Positions 49,934-62,320 of a DNA stretch of 64,000 bases are shown piece by piece; the stretch's first letter is position 1; each line of letters opens with the position of its first letter. The notes under the pieces are model-generated. The model was given only the letters and a program-made list of their open reading frames with translations, was not told where the DNA came from and did not search any database. This DNA is from Owenia fusiformis (lineage: Eukaryota), in the NCBI GenBank assembly GCA_903813345.2, contig CAIIXF020000001.1, positions 20,956,001 through 21,020,000 on the forward strand. Direction: 5' to 3'. The position numbers were made by a program, and so were the translations under genes.

Positions 49934-52651
49934 ATGGCTAATGTAGATGAAGTATCTCCACTTCTCTCTAAGCAGGAACAGAGCTTGAGAAAATCGTGAG
50001 TATCACAAAAATCTCCATCTGAAATATCAATACTGAAAAGTTTTTGAAAAACAAAAGTGAAAGTCCACTAAAAATCACATGACAAATAACAATAGATTAT
50101 TTACTGATAGTGTTCCAAAGAGTCCAATCAGAATGTTTCGACAGAAGATTGGTATAAGAACACAGATATCAGAATTTTATTAGGAAATACCACAGGAAGT
50201 TATATCAAGTCCTTTTTGGGCCGTTTCCCTTTTTGGGCCTTTATGGGGTTTTGCCCCCCCCCACCTCTCAGAAGAGATGTATTCCTAATACATCTCTTCT
50301 GAGAGGTGGGGGGTTTAAGGTGAAAGGGATAGGTTAACATCGAATAAAACATCACAACGACATGTTCAAAAACTAACTGGTGAAAATTTGTGCAAACGAA
50401 GGTGGTACGCAATGGACGCAATTCCCTCCACGCGCAGAGATAGATCTCGAGGGTTATACTATCCTGAGAAATTACGAGAGGCAGTATGAGAAGATCAATG
50501 ATCAATATTTCAGACTCTTCAACAATCTTCGAAGAGTTGACAATACTGGGATCCTTTTGTGCTATGTTTTCATTGTTAACTCAAGCCTTGAACCCTGTTA
50601 AACCCTGGGGTTTTAGAAAAGTACTTTTGTAAACCACCTCGACCCCTTGTCAGCATTCTAGTAAGTACTAGTATTGAGGGGCTGTATAAGTCGTGTAACG
50701 CTCTTAGAAATTATAGTGAAACCTGATTTTGGAATTTTATCTAATGTTATTACAGGAATTTTGAGTTCAGCTACTCCTCTTCCCATGATCCATATGAAAA
50801 ATATATGTCTTACAAGTACATTATGATGTTAGTCAACGTGTTCTAGCACATTTTGGGTATTAAAACAATGTTAATCATTTTGGGTGGTAAAAAATCCTAA
50901 TGTACAATAATGTACCCTGCGTGCAGAGTCTAGTTAAACTACACTCTGCCTAGTAGATACCATATTACAGTTTAGTAGCCCCGCCCCCACGACGCGTACC
51001 GGTGACAGTTTGTGTTATAAATAACTTTTGACCTACGCGCTGATCTTTCTTCCACCAATCAGCGAGCTTGAAGAAACATACGCCAAATGCGTTCTAATTA
51101 AATATGCGCATGTCATTGGTCAATTCCGGGCTCAGCGATGACGTCAGAAGGAATGACCATATATAGAACGTCGGTCAATTTTGGCCGACGAACACTGATT
51201 GGCGCGGTGAGTTCACAGGTTTATTTTAGTTTGAAAGAGTGAAGACGAAGCTCTCTTTTAAGAAGTGAAGTCAAACGAATGCAAAGGGTAACAATAATGT
51301 TAACTACTAACACCATTTCACCAGCAATACAAAATCTCTGTTACTGTCCTAACAAGTTCATTATACCAATGGCAAGGTTTGTTAGTCTGCCTTTTCCTGA
51401 GGGCACCCTCAGGCTTTAATACTTGCATTTACATTTTTAAATTCTAATAAACCTTCTTTTTGTACTCTACAGACGTTCTTATGCTGGCAGTCAAGGGAGA
51501 GATGGAGCTATCAGGTATGTTCTATAAGTTCTGCCTTTAGATATACAACCTTCATATTAATTATAATGATGTTTGTTCATCACTTTATCAATCTAAATAA
51601 AGTATAATATATAGCCTTTATGGGTATTTTTAAAGTATTTCAAAAAGTATGCATCTGAATTATTTAAATTATATCTTTAGTTGTTTATCAAGTATAAGTA
51701 CAGATTATCTTGTTTCCGTTCCAGTGGAACTTATTGATGAAGTCCAAAACTGCAGTATTTTTTCAGAAAGCAATATAATTTATGAAGTGCTTTGACCTCC
51801 CTAGGAGTTTATCAATATGGCTCTTAACAAAGTAAAACATATTTATGATAATTACAAATTAATTATCACATAAATAAGTTTAGGAGATACAAGAAAGACT
51901 TCATAGTTATATATGTTTGAATAGTGAACTGGAATGCTATAAAAGAAAGGTTTCATAATTACTGTTTGTCTATGTTAGGTGTTTCCCAAATGTGTTGTGA
52001 GTAGTTCTCAAAATCAAATTGTCAAAAATGCTCCTTTAATGTATTTAGTTCAAAATGTGATCAAGCATATGATTTTTGCACACAATCAAAATAAAAATAC
52101 CCGGATTAATTACTTTTAGATATAAATATTTTTAGATATCACTTCTTATTCCTGGTTTAAGAAGTTATGTCCCAATTTATGCTCAGCATTATGCCGGGCA
52201 TAAAAATTGCTATCTTAATCCAAAAAAGTAGTGTTTTGGAATTAGTTCCATTTTAAATAATCTGCTATTATACCTAAATTCATGCTAACAATAGTCATGG
52301 TAGTATCCCAAATATGTTGCTGCTTGTTACACAAAGAATTCTATATTTCAGAATTTTATTGACAATATGAAAATTGTTAATTTGAGGCTATTGCTCAATA
52401 TTTTGAGTCTGTATTAGCAAAATTACCATGTATGTTCAGATGCCTTCATATGTATGATAAACTTTCTACTCTAATCTTCCGTGCAGACAATCCGTGTCAT
52501 ATAGTTCAATCAACACCAGCACAGATGATATAGAAGAACATGACCCAGGGACATCGGCTATGCTGCATAGATATAAATATTACAACAAGCTCGCTCCCCA
52601 CAGTGAAAGTTCACTGGTATGACCTTATTTTGTATCATTGTTAGATAATGA

Positions 52652-52687
<36 letters not shown>

Positions 52688-55600
52688 TATTAAATTAATC
52701 ATTTGTACAAAGAATACATACAATAATACAGTGTAAGTGGCTGTGCTTTTAGCATTATTAGCCACGTTCTACAATTACAATATACAATGTATTCAATCAA
52801 TAATATTTGATTAAAATAAATGAGATACAATAAGATAAAAGTTGTTTTGTGGAGGATTTCAGACATTTACACATCGCTCGAAGAAAATGGCACTGCACTT
52901 TAAAACAATCAGATTCTCAGCTCTACTTAATGTTTTATCACCATTGAGGATCAGAGAAAGTTTATCACGTTGTGTCTTATATTTACGGGAGTATTGTATA
53001 TTCATATTTTTTAGTTGGTTTTCTAATTCAGTCCAGAATGTTAATCTCAAGTTACATCGAAAAATCACATGGCTGGTTGTTTCACTGTTAATACCACATG
53101 AGCATATGGGGGAATTTACATTGGTAAAGTTATGCGAGTAAAGGTGAGCCTTGAAAATGAAATCACATCGTACTCTGTTAAATATAATTTCTTGGTTTCT
53201 TGAGATGGACAGTTCTGATGAGTTAATGACAGTTTCGTTAAAAATATTTCTTTTTAGGCTTGATTTAAATATGCTTAAGCTAGATGAGTTCTTTATATCA
53301 GATGGCAGTAGATTCCATTCTGATATTGTTTTTGAGATACAAGATCTTTCATAAAATTTGGATTTAACTGGTAAAATATAGTCAAGTTGGTGTCTTAGTA
53401 CATGTGTTTGATTTCTTTTTAGTGGTTCAAATATCTCAGTAACATAAGAAGGCAGCAAATTGTTGTGAGCTCTATACATAAAGGTAGCTCTATGATATTG
53501 ACGTCTATTTGAGAGTGTGGGCCAATTTAAAGTATTCAACACTTTTGTGGTTGATGTTCCATGCATGGCACCTGAACAAATAAGTGCAGCTTTATAGTAA
53601 AGGCGGTCTAAAAGTTGTAGTTTTGTCAAATTTGCACATCCGTAAAGAATATCACAATAATCAAAGAGTGGCAAAATAAAAGACTTAAAAATTGTTTCAA
53701 GGTGTTTTCCACTTATTTTCTTACTGAAGACTTTTAACGGATTTATGAGTTTATCTATTCTTGCTACAAGTTCAGTAATGTGATAGTCAAAAGTGAGATT
53801 TTTGTCCAAAATCAACCCCAAGTGCTTGTGATTGTTTACTCTTGGTAACTTGTCATTACCAAGGGAAAGATCTGGGGTCAAAATTTCGCGCTTTCTTGGA
53901 TTAAAAAAAGTCATATCTTTACTTTTACTAGCTTTGAAGTTTAATTTCCATGTATTTGACCATAAGAGAATTTTATTTAGATCCTCTTGTAATTCATTAT
54001 TCTTAGCAGCTGCTGTTTCAGCTGTGAAGGATTGGTAAAGTGACGTGTCGTCTGCATATATAAAACATTTGGTATTTAAGTTATCAGGTAGATCATTGAT
54101 ATAAATTAAGAACAGGAGGGGGCCTAATATGGAGCCTTGAGGTACTCCTGCGTTTATATGGTTCATCTCAGATAGTTCAGACTCATGGCCATCCAATACA
54201 ACTTTTACTTGTCTATTTGATAGGTAAGATTTCATTAATTCTATGATGTTATGACCAAAACCATACATTTTCAGTTTTTTTAATAGTAGCCCATGGGGCA
54301 TTGAATCAAAGGCGGCCGAAATGTCAAGATAAATCCCCCTTACATTGGCCCCATTTTCAATTTCATTAGTTATGACATCAATTATACTTAAAAGCTGTGC
54401 CTGGGTGCTGTGACCTGGCAAAAAGCCACTTTGGAGGTTATAAAATAAATTGTTCACAATGAGATGGTCAAAAAGTCTTTTGAAGATTACGCGTTCTGCA
54501 ACTTTAGATATACAGCTCAGAAGAGTGATAGGTCTATAATTTTTTACATCTGTTTTGTCTTTACTTTTGTGAATTGCTACAACGTGGCCTATCTTCCAAG
54601 AATGGGGGTATTTATTAAGAATGAACATTTTGTTTAATAATTTTGATAATATGGGTGAAAGTGATGGTGCTGCCATTTTAAGCATTCTATTGCTTAACAT
54701 GTCAGGGCCAGTAGCTTTATTTGTATCTAACCCAAGTAAAATGCTATAAACCTCTCTATCATTAGTAGAGAGTAGGTCAAAAGATTGATCAGTTCTTGGA
54801 ATAAAAGTTTCATTTCCTTCTTGATAGTTTATATGATATTTGTCAATGAAATGAGACAGTAGCAAGTTTGCTTTGTCATGGCTATCAGTGTAACTGTTAC
54901 CTCTAGCATCACAAAGAAGTGGTATTTTACTATTTTTACATTTTCCCAAAAGCCTACTTACAATTGACCAGTATCCTTTGCTTCCATATCTCTGATTACT
55001 TAATTTATAGTACAACCTTGATTCCATTGCCTCTTTGGCCTCACGAATAGCATCATTAACAAGATTACATTGATCAGTATATTTCTTAAAGTATTTGTCA
55101 TCATGTGTTTTCCTGTACTTACGATGTAATTTATTTCTTTTATTTATCAAGGTTTTGATATCGCTTGTAAACCATGGCTTATCCGTAGGTTTAATTTCAA
55201 TATCAGAGTTTGGAATAAGATCTGTAAAAATTGCAAGTAACCCTCTCGAAAAATTGCTTACTATGTCATCTAAATCATTACTACTATCTATCAAGTGATC
55301 AAAGTCTGCTGCTCTAACTGAATTGTTAATTAGATTTATATCTGCTTGGTCATATTTCCAAATTTTTCTTGAATAAGGACGGTTTTTAAGAGTTTTAAGA
55401 AAACACTCCGTGTTTATTGAGCAATGGTCAGTGTTACCAATAGGAGGAGAAACATAAGAATTTGTTATAATATCAGGGCTATTTGAAATGAGAAGATCGA
55501 TACATGATCTACTGGTATTTGTTATTCGCGTTGGTTCATCTATAAGCTGAAAAAGTCCAAGTTCTTCAATGTGTTCAAATAATTTTTTTCCTGTGAAATT

Positions 55601-58600
55601 TTCATTGTCTAAGGCCCACCATTGTTTACTCCTTGCATTAAAATCTCCATTAATAAAAATAGCTTCTGGGTTAGAGTCAAGTGCCATATTGCATGAGTTT
55701 GAGAACCTAGTGCAGAATTCATTTGCCTCATTTTGAGTTTGCGATGGTGACCTATAATAAATTGCATATAGATATGACTTATAGTTAATGCTCAATTCAA
55801 TCCATAAGGAGTCACCCTGATCATTCATAAGGTCATTTCTAATTTTAAAAGGGATATCATCTTTAACATATATCAATAGGCCTCGATTTTTATTCGAGTA
55901 TACATGACAATGACCATCTATAGAATAATCAGAAGAAACTGTCAAATCAGTTAGATTTCCAACCTCACAAAGTCCAATAATGTCATTTCCATTGATCTGT
56001 AAATGACAGATTTTAAGATGTAGAACCATAACCTCCAAATAAAGGCTACATATTATTTTCAAAAATCGTTTATTGTTCGATAAATTAGAAATCTTAGAAG
56101 TGTTGCACTAAGAATGCAAATGTTGAAAAATTCCCCTATCCCAAAAGAATCTTAGAAAAGCACTTACATAATACTCGAACATACATTCTTACACTCTGTC
56201 ATTATCTATTATTTTTATTATGTGTTCCTGTCCAGAGTGTATATTTCTCATTATTATTACAGGGGAGTTAGACCTAAACGCAGAAGAACTGTTTCCCTAA
56301 ATGATACTAAAGAAACTGCTCCTAAAACAAAACGAAAACGAAATCTATCATTTAGTGATTCAGTTAGATTTTTCATATCTAAGGTAACACAGAATATTAG
56401 TTTGTTGAATCACCCGTAGATGGCCAGAGGTTGGGGCAAAATGACAACTGTTCGAAATACTAAAAGGATTGGGCATGCTACACTGTTACTATTAACACTT
56501 ATTTGATATCCTTGTTGCAAGTACATTTAGATATTTTACTAACACATGATGTGTTTGTTTAGAATAGTGAATTATCATTAAATTATCATTTTTTTTATAT
56601 CCTACCATAAATACTCACCTTTTCAGTACTTTTGAGCGACCATTTTGATCCCAATTTGGCCAAACTACAACTAGTGAATAATGCTTTATCGTATTTGGTG
56701 ACCTTGTATTATATTTGATGATACCTCCATTTACACATTTTGAAATGTTTTAATATATATATCCAATGCTTGACATTACTTAAAGAATTTGATCCCAATT
56801 AATAATAGATTAGGTACCTATTAGGTAAGAGAAAAAATGATTATAACAGCAATAGTTTGCAGTGCTTGCCCCATCCCTTTATTCTTTAGTCATGTGTACT
56901 GAATGAGATTTTACATGGCTTCCCTTAGCCCAATCTCCCAAAACCATTGAACTTGCACACCCAGAACATGAGTTTGTTGGATATAATGTATAATGATATT
57001 AACTGAAATTTTCAGCTGTTTTCAGTTTAATCATATAAAAATGTTCTTGGAAATTAGAGGTGATGAATCAAAATTGATTTGAGGCTTGATTTTGAGCATG
57101 CTAGCCAGTTAGAAGTAGAAATGTAAAACCTGTTGGATTTTAGCTTTAATTTAATTTATTTATTAAAGTTGAGTCTACACATTATTATTTAATTAAAAAA
57201 ATTAAAGCTTACCTTTTAAAGAAGTCATACATAGTCATGTCTCATTGTCATATCTCATAGTCATGTCTTATAGTCATGTCTCATAGTCGTAGTCAACTTA
57301 TTGTGGAAGTAGCATATCGCTATGAATCAGAAATATTTTAGGGTTATTAAGGATGATAATTACAGAATTACATCCTTGTAATTGCTGTTATTGTACAATA
57401 GAGAGTATACAATAGATACAATATTTCATCTTGAACTCTGATTGCATGAATGTATAACCACATTATGTAATGAATTAACAGCTTTGAATTTTTTCAGGTG
57501 ATGCCAGACCATGTGGTGCCATCTTTGTTTTTTCTTATCATCCCAGGCAAAGATTCTGGTAAACAGGGCAGTATAGTCACAATGTAAGTAGTCAAGTCAA
57601 TATGTAACTTCTTCAGGCACTTTTAAGTTATTAAAGTCGTTACATATAAGTTACAAAGCCATTATTTAAACAACTTAGTCATAAGTAAGTTACTTAGTCA
57701 ATAGTTACCATGAAAGTTACCAAGTCACCTTGTAAGTTAATGTAATAGCTACTAAGGAACTACAGGGTGTCCCGAAAGTATGGGGCCCCCCCTAGGCAGA
57801 CATATTCCAGTGTCCTCATAGTATGTGTCATATATCATTTTAAAGCTTGTCCAAAGTTACATTGATTTGCCAAGTATCATGGTTTAACTCCCAAATGGGA
57901 AAAAGTTACAGTCATTTTAAAAGTTAGTGTTTTGTCAAAATAAAGTTCGATTTCACACCACATTACTAGTCAATGTGTCCCCCTTGGCCATGTTAACAGC
58001 GGCAATTATTTTCAGATATTACCTCAAAAGCCCTTCAAATAGGAGTGTGGAATTTTATAACCCTCTTAAAACCTGTTAGGGGACTTTAGAAGAGTTTTCT
58101 TAGAGTTTCTACCCTCACTGTTCTCTTTTTCCAACTTAATATCCATCCGACCCGAAAAGAATTACTGCTGTTAAGATGGCCCAGGAGGACACATTTACTA
58201 GTGATATGGCGTAAAATTGAACTTAATTTTGACCAAACACTAAATTTTGAAATGCCTGTAACTTTTTCACATTTGGGAATTGAACCATGATACTTGGTGA
58301 ATCAATGTAACTTTGAATATGCTTTAAAATGATATATGACACTTACTATGACGACACTGGTATATGTCTGCCTAGGGGGGGCCCCATACTTTCGGGACAC
58401 CCTGTATATAAGATATCGCTTTGTAATATTCATATTCTGTTATTCTTCTAAAGACTGTTGTCAATACAATGGGTAAACCTGACCATAGAGTATTATGTTT
58501 AGAATATTGCTTACTTTTTCTTAAAAGCAGCTTTGATCATATTTCAATTTTGATGTGTTTTAGATTCTCGATATGGAATACGATGATGGGCACTTCATTA

Positions 58601-60360
58601 CTTAGTATGCCATGGGCAATATCACAGGTAAGTGATTTTTGGTGTATAGTACATGTACTTGTAACTTTCAATATAGGTTTGGGGATTTACATGTGCTACA
58701 TGGGCACATCATTACTTAGTATGCCATGGGCAATATCACAGGTTAGTGATATAACACAATAGCTAGACAACTGTAATCTTATTATTTGGTGGAAAGTTGA
58801 ATAATGGTGATGGCTGCTGCTTCAGAAATGAGAGATATTTGTTTTGTTTGATATTTTCAGGCAGGATTTGGAACAGGGATTGCCATTATGGTTGTGATGT
58901 CTGGTATAATGCTATTCACTGCCTACAGGGTCGTCAAGTCTATTGATGGAATACGTAAGTTTTTGTCACTTTCTTCAAAAGTCATTTTATATAAAACTAT
59001 TCAAGTTAATCCAGGTATTTTTTTATATCGTAGGCTTAAAGGGAAAAAAGTAGTGTCTTAATGAAATATTTTGTTCCCTCATTATGAGCATCCATAGGAA
59101 TGTTTAGTAATAATTAGCAATATATTGAAAGTGAAATCTGTTATATCATGAATCTAGTTTATATAACTATGGGCTTACCATTAAAATTGGGTGGGGGGTT
59201 TATGTTTTCCTTCACCAGTATCTTCATTGTAACATGGCAATATTTTTCTAACCAAATCATCCTCCAAATAGAGACCACAAAATGTGTTCCTCCTTTTAAA
59301 TCTTGGAACCCTGGAATCAGAGGATGACAAAATGTTTGAGTATACATTGTAAAGTGCAACCAGACATATTTTCGGTTTCCAGAGGTCCTGTATTAATAAT
59401 ATACAAGAAGAATTGATACAAGAATGTTTGCTTGGTACAGATATTCTGTACAGATCAACAGAAATATATGAGCTATGTTCTATATTTTTGCAGCAAGATT
59501 AGGGGAGGTTGTTGAGTTCTCTGATATCTGCAAGTACCACCTTGGTCGTGTCGGGGAGTTTAGTGCCGTCTTCTTCTCTCTATTCGCCCTTCTAGGAGCC
59601 ATGGTTGTTTACTGGGTTCTCATGTCCAACTTCCTCTACAACACTGTGGCATTTATTTATGGTAAGTTGAAGTGATGTTTATTTTGATGCTATTTTGTAA
59701 TTTTTTGTTATTGTTAATGAAATGATAGAAAAATGTGTATATACAAAAAGAACTAGATTGCCTGGATTACATTGGACACAACTACAAAACATGACAGGAT
59801 ATGTAGGTGTAAAATCTGGCCAATCAAAAGAGCTTTGAAAATGTTAAATAGAGGGCTCTCACATCAAAAGACTGTATATTATTCCTCATGATCTGGTCTT
59901 GGAATACAACATGACATGTGGCAGCTTTCTAGAAAACCGAATGCTACACTTCTGTAACCAATAAAAAAGAAAACTGATAACATTCAATGAATCTGTTTTA
60001 CAAAGATAAATTGTTTATGACTGAATGCCCTACATGTTCATATAATCAAATTGTTTTGTATCATTTTAGAAGTGTACATATACATTAAAACTTGTCTAAG
60101 CAGAACACCTTTTGTACCTCTAAAAAGTGTTGCACTTTGGGTGTTTCACTTATAGAGATTCATTCAACATTAAGTCGGTTGGTCTTGGGACTTTGAAAAG
60201 TGTTTTACTAACAGAGGTGTTCCACTTGTAAAGGTGTTCCACTTTACAGGCAATAACATCTGTTCCATAGAAATGCCACATTATTTGTTTGTTATTTCAG
60301 AATCTGTCAATCATCAAAATGTCTCAGATCGCGTGACTGGTAATGGATCACAATATGATG
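49934..60360 (+). CDS. SLC38A9: Lysosomal amino-acid transporter SLC38A9, first 8 exons (49934-49995, 51473-51514, 52487-52616, 57498-57583, 58564-58627, 58861-58954, 59494-59661, 60301-60360); continues beyond the window
   Basis: In-phase GT-AG exons give RYKYYNKL...VMPDHVVP...[29 protein letters not shown]...EFSDICKYHLG...LLGAMVVYWVLMSNFLYNT. Confidence 0.92.
50913..51290. mobile_element. Non-autonomous DNA transposon with 9-bp TSD (AcademH- or Mutator-like)
   Basis: TACCCTG...AAAGGGTA termini; perfect TSD ACAATAATG at 50904-50912 and 51291-51299. Confidence 0.8.
52656..56001 (-). mobile_element. 5'-truncated non-LTR retrotransposon (CR1/L2-group LINE) in SLC38A9 intron 3
   Basis: ~30-nt poly(A) tail (T run 52656-52685); TSD AATGACAGATTTT at 52647-52659 and 56002-56014; TTTT/AA-type target. 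Confidence 0.9.
52859..56001 (-). CDS. LINE ORF2: APE endonuclease (5'-truncated), reverse transcriptase and C-terminal Cys/His motif
   Basis: GDFNAR, PTRI...CIDL...TDH (APE); YRPITLLS, QSGF, GVPQGSILGPLLFLIYINDL, YADD (RT); CSCG...ETTSHVIFRC; uninterrupted frame. Confidence 0.92.
57763..58404. mobile_element. Tc1/mariner-type MITE with long TIRs
   Basis: TA|CAGGGTGTCCCGAAAGTATGGGGCCCCCC ... GGGGGGCCCCATACTTTCGGGACACCCTG|TA; symmetry extends ~250 bp. Confidence 0.88.
58700..58749 (+). repeat. Partial tandem duplicate of SLC38A9 exon 5 including its splice donor
   Basis: atgggcac(a/t)tcattacttagtatgccatgggcaatatcacag|gt repeated 114 bp downstream. Confidence 0.9.
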
Positions 60361-61363
60361 GTATGTTAAATCTTAATTAGAATATATTACATGCAATGAC
60401 CAGTTTTCAGTGCTTAGATAATGATTATGAATGATCTTGATATTACATAGTTCATTTTTTTTAAATTAATTGATGGACATTTTATTAAGGAAATGCTAGT
60501 GATGGGGAACACTTTTTACTTTCTCAGTACAGAGCCTTGAAACCATTTTGTCTCATGGTGTATGATCAGATGGTATAAGTAAAAACTGAATAATACCAAC
60601 ATCCTTTGCAAATGCATTGCAAAAATAGGACTTAGTAAAACATATGATTAAAAAATACATTTTTAGAGACCAGATGGAATCATGGATACTCTATAATTTT
60701 GAAAAAGTGTAAATTAGGAGAAAAGCACTGGGATTTCATATTTTCAAAGTGAACTTTGTAAATCTGATGATGCAGTGTGTTTGATTTAGCATAATTAAAC
60801 AGTCTTAGATCAACGTTTCCAAATGCATAAAGGTAAAAATATGCAAGAAGAAAAACCCTGTATTGCATGAAGAGTAGTCCTGCTTCATGCCTTTGTGTTC
60901 CGCTTCATGCCCTTGTGGCCCCACCCTCCATAAAGTGGTAAAGTAGATAGGAATAGGGGGAGACTCATGCACTCATGAACTATTAAATCTTGATTGTAAT
61001 TTAAAATACTATTCAAGTATTAACTTATCTAGACATATCTACATTTCTAAATTAAAAAATAAACCATGACATCCTGGTTGTCATAGCAAAGGAGGAAAGA
61101 CTAAAAAACATTGTATCAGTCATGTGACTTTACTTGACCAATCCTGTTCAAATTTTTTAGAAAATTGTGATGAATATAGTCATCCTCTTATGGCCCTGAG
61201 CTTTAATAAAATGCTCAAACATGAATTTTATTTTGCTTTTAAAGAAATACTAAGACATCAATTTTATAAAATATAGATCACATCACTTTTATTAAACTGA
61301 AAATCGTTTAATTACTAAGATAATATCTCTGAAGTATGGAAAAGAATCTAACAATGTTCTTAA

Positions 61364-62173
61364 AGGCCCCATGTAAAGTTCAAACCACTGAGGCTTATAT
61401 TGTAGTCTTACCCAATGTTATCAAAGTGTAATATGTGAAACTTTTTTTTTAATTTCAAAAAGTGTTTTTTTTGTTCCAAAATTTGTGAATTTATTTAAAA
61501 CCAACTTTTAGAGGTCACTCATATCTTCTAATTAGCCACAATTCATACTAATGCATAGCATTCATCCTCTCATGTTTTTTCCGAAAATATTTAGAAAATC
61601 GGTTGATAAACAAGCGAGAAATGAACTTATCAGTGCATGAAAATGGTTCTGAGAAAATGCATTTCAAAATTTTAGTTCTCATAGAAACCAATGGTACAAT
61701 GATATCTAAAACATAATTTATTCTTCCTTTTAACCTGGTTAGACAATCAACATTGTTTTTTATGAAAGTCTAGCAGATTTAGAAAAGATTGACATCGAAA
61801 AAAAAAATTCAATTCTTTTCAAAAAGTTTTTGTTACCTTAGTGACATCACTAATGTTTCAAAATATTTTTGATAAGCTAAAACATTGAAGTGGCCCATTA
61901 AATATGACATTTTATTATTGAAATAGTGTGTCTTTTGTTCAATCTTTGCATTGGTGTTAAAAAGATAATCTTTTTTGAAATGCATTAAGAAATATTTGAT
62001 GATTAAGAAATTTCAACTTTTTTTGAAAAATGGCGGGAAATTTGAATATTTGAGAAATGAAATGCTCACAACTTTTTTTTCAAAAAATTTTTTTTGTTCA
62101 AAAATCACTTTTTAAGTCCTGACAAATAGTAAATGAATGATAAAAAACTATTTTCAAACTTTAGACGGGGACT
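61364..62173. mobile_element. TTAA-targeting MITE (Kolobok/piggyBac-like)
   Basis: TTAA|AGGCCCCATGTAAAGTT ... AACTTTAGACGGGGACT|TTAA imperfect TIR. Confidence 0.6.
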
Positions 62174-62320
62174 TTAACTGTTAAATCCACTGTAAAAACA
62201 CTTTAAAACCAGTGGTTTCCCCCATTTTTCTGTGACATCATTGATGTTTGAATTTTTAGTCAATGTTAATCGAATAGTCAATGGAAGTTTAAATTATATT
62301 TTCACATCCCATCAAACAAT

